This document shows positions 61,653 through 64,000 of a stretch of DNA of 64,000 nucleotides, piece after piece. Numbering within the stretch: position 1 is the stretch's first letter; each line of letters begins with the position of its first letter. A program made the position numbers and the translations under genes. The notes beneath the pieces were generated by a model. That model had not been told where the DNA came from. It saw only the letters and a program-made list of their open reading frames with translations, and made no database searches. This DNA is from Octopus sinensis (lineage: Eukaryota): positions 9,920,001-9,984,000 of the forward strand of contig NC_043000.1 in the NCBI RefSeq assembly GCF_006345805.1. The letters run 5' to 3'.

Positions 61653-61822
61653 TTATGTGTTTAAATGTGCACTGTATTTTTCTATGTATATATATATATA
61701 TATATATATATTTACATGCAGTTAAATATATGCCCAATCAGAGAGTGACCAATGGTTCCGCATCCACATAAAGCGCTTAGCTTTATAGACGACTCGTCAG
61801 GCTCTAATGGCGGAGGGTATAT

Positions 61823-62055
61823 GGCGAGCTGGCAGAGACGGTAGCACGCCGGGCGAAATGCGTAGCCGTATTTCGTCTGCCGCTACGTTCTGAGTTCAAA
61901 TTCCGCCGAGGTCGACTTCGTCTTTCATCCTTTCGGTTCGGGGTCGATAAATTAAGTACCAGTTACGCACTGGGGTCGATGGAATCGACTTAATCGCTTT
62001 GTCTGTCCTTGTTTGTCCCCTCTGTGTTTAGCCCCTTGTGGGTAGTAAAGAAATA
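61823..62055 (+). mobile_element. SINE family B monomer
   Basis: All family B blocks present. Confidence 0.88.
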
Positions 62056-62414
62056 TTTATAACATCTCTTTAAATTTGCGGTAGAAAACTGTCATCTTGC
62101 CTACTTATTCTCGCCTACTTATTCTCAATCAGTACATTTCTGTCTCTCACTCTCCTTTCACAATCTCTTGAGCAATACCTGCGCACTCACCCTCTTCAAT
62201 CCCTGGTTCAGATCTCTATATATATATCCCTGTAAATTAGGTATACGCCCCCTCACATATTCACGATCTCTTTGCTCTCTATCTTACCGCTCTCTCTCTC
62301 TCTTCACTTTTACCCTTCTCTCTCATCTCTCCCCTCTCTCTCTTTCTCGCTCTCCCGCCACGCTCTCTCCACCTGAAGTGAATAAGAATATGCACTTGGC
62401 TTACAAAATTATGT

Positions 62415-62697
62415 TCCCTTCAAGGTGGGGTCACAGCATGGCCGCAGTCCAGTGACTAAAACAAGTAAACGCGCGGTCGCGGAATCGTTATCACGCCGGG
62501 CGAAATGCTTAGCAGTATTTCGTCTGCCGCTACGTTCTGAGTTCAAATTCCGCCGAGGTCGACTTTGCCTTTCATCCTTTTCGGGGTCGATTAAATAAGT
62601 ACCAGTTACGCACTGGGGTCGATGTAATCGACTTAATCTCTGTCTGTCCTTGTTTGTCCCTTCTATCTTTAGCCCCTTGTGGGCAATAAAGAAATAT
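62415..62697 (+). mobile_element. SINE family A 3' end followed by SINE family B
   Basis: CAGCATGGCCGCAGTCCAGTGACTAAAACAAGTAAA, then a family B body from ~62480. Confidence 0.75.
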
Positions 62698-62729
62698 AAA
62701 ACAAGTAAACGATCAAACAAAATATATCT

Positions 62730-62782
<53 letters not shown>

Positions 62783-63309
62783 AATCTCTTATATGTATGT
62801 GTGTGCACAAGCGCTCCTGTATGTATGTGTGTACGCTCGCTTGTGTCTATATACACATGTACAACTGTTGAATAGATTTTTCAATCATGTAGAAAGCATG
62901 ATTAAATCTAACCTTCAGATTTTCCTTTAAGCTTTTCACGTTCAAGAATCTTTTATTGTATTACGGAAATTATTCCTTTAAGAATTCTCGCAAACCTCTC
63001 TGCTTGCCTCGTTCAACACGCTTTATACTGCAGATTTATATTATATTCATGTCTTGGCTCTCCTAGTTTGAATGTATATCGGCTGTCGGCTGCTGACGTC
63101 AAAATTCTTCATAGTGAGTAAAAATATAAAACATTCTCCCTGGGGTTATTGTTGTGATACAGTATGAAACTGTTTGTATTCAGGATGTTATAAGGATATG
63201 AAATGTTTTCCCTTTGATTACTATAATATGTGGTTAGAATTTGGTGGATGATTTGGGTGGTAGTCCCAAGGTTTCTCTTGATAGAATTTTATAGATTCGT
63301 AAAATGTTC

Positions 63310-63336
63310 CGTTGTTGTTGTTGTTGTTGTTGTTGT

Positions 63337-63388
<52 letters not shown>

Positions 63389-63390
63389 CT
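63310..63390. repeat. (GTT)n(GAT)n trinucleotide repeat
   Basis: Direct inspection. Confidence 0.95.
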
Positions 63391-63498
63391 TCGTTGCTAT
63401 TCATGTTGCTGTGGATTTTTCTAGTATATCATTTGGGAATATTTATGTGCAGAAAATTAAAGTTTTTTTCAAGCATCGTTGCGGAATAAAGAATTTTA

Positions 63499-63567
<69 letters not shown>

Positions 63568-63759
63568 GCCGTTCAAGGATTTGAACCTAGAGATCTTCAT
63601 TTCCAGCGACTTCGAGGGCCACCTCCAAGTGGTGTCGGGCGTCAACGAAGAGCACTCGACTACAAGACGACCAAAGTTTTTTTTTCCCCAATGTCTGGGG
63701 TCTCCCACCCCTAAGCCCTAGACCATCACCTAATCACACTTACTCGTCTTGTTACTTAA

Positions 63760-63776
63760 CAACAACAACAACAACA

Positions 63777-63861
<85 letters not shown>

Positions 63862-63889
63862 GCTAGCTAGCTAGCTAGCTATCTATCTA

Positions 63890-63926
<37 letters not shown>

Positions 63927-63945
63927 ATGCATGTATGCATGTATA
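63760..63945. repeat. Compound (AAC)(TATC)(CTAG)(CTGT)(ATGC) microsatellite
   Basis: Direct inspection. Confidence 0.9.
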
Positions 63946-64000
63946 AAGCGTTCTGTATATCCAATTTAATGCAGGTCCACTGATGTAAGTCTGGTAACTG

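Noticed and set aside
63585-63670. GGTTCAAATCC B-box on the minus strand as a tRNA or SINE
   Set aside because: No matching A-box at a proper distance, no cloverleaf, and no second copy in the window.

Overview
Repeat-saturated, AT-rich eukaryotic (animal) DNA with a 100-N scaffold gap at 17382-17481. The SINE families, CORE-like domains and microsatellite load resemble octopus or other cephalopod genomes; this is inferred from recalled consensus sequences, not a database search. No complete host gene is recognisable, and most ORFs in the track are microsatellite artefacts. The window holds dozens of tRNA-derived SINEs of about four families, CR1, RTE and RLE-type LINE remnants, a near-complete decayed pogo-like DD35D transposon with a C-terminal PHD finger, mariner, Tigger, hAT and Helitron derivatives, and many short Penelope-like fragments lodged in (TA)n tracts. 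Main observations: (1) several unrelated Penelope-like fragment families each carry a minimal type-I hammerhead ribozyme motif; (2) two copies of an apparently ORF1-only Tx1/L1-like retroelement; (3) a 42-nt U2 snRNA fragment swapped into a mariner arm; (4) SINE multimers with the same junction at four loci; (5) head/tail shuffling among SINE families; (6) a weak candidate class-A GPCR TM3 exon. Hand-read coordinates may be off by a few bases.
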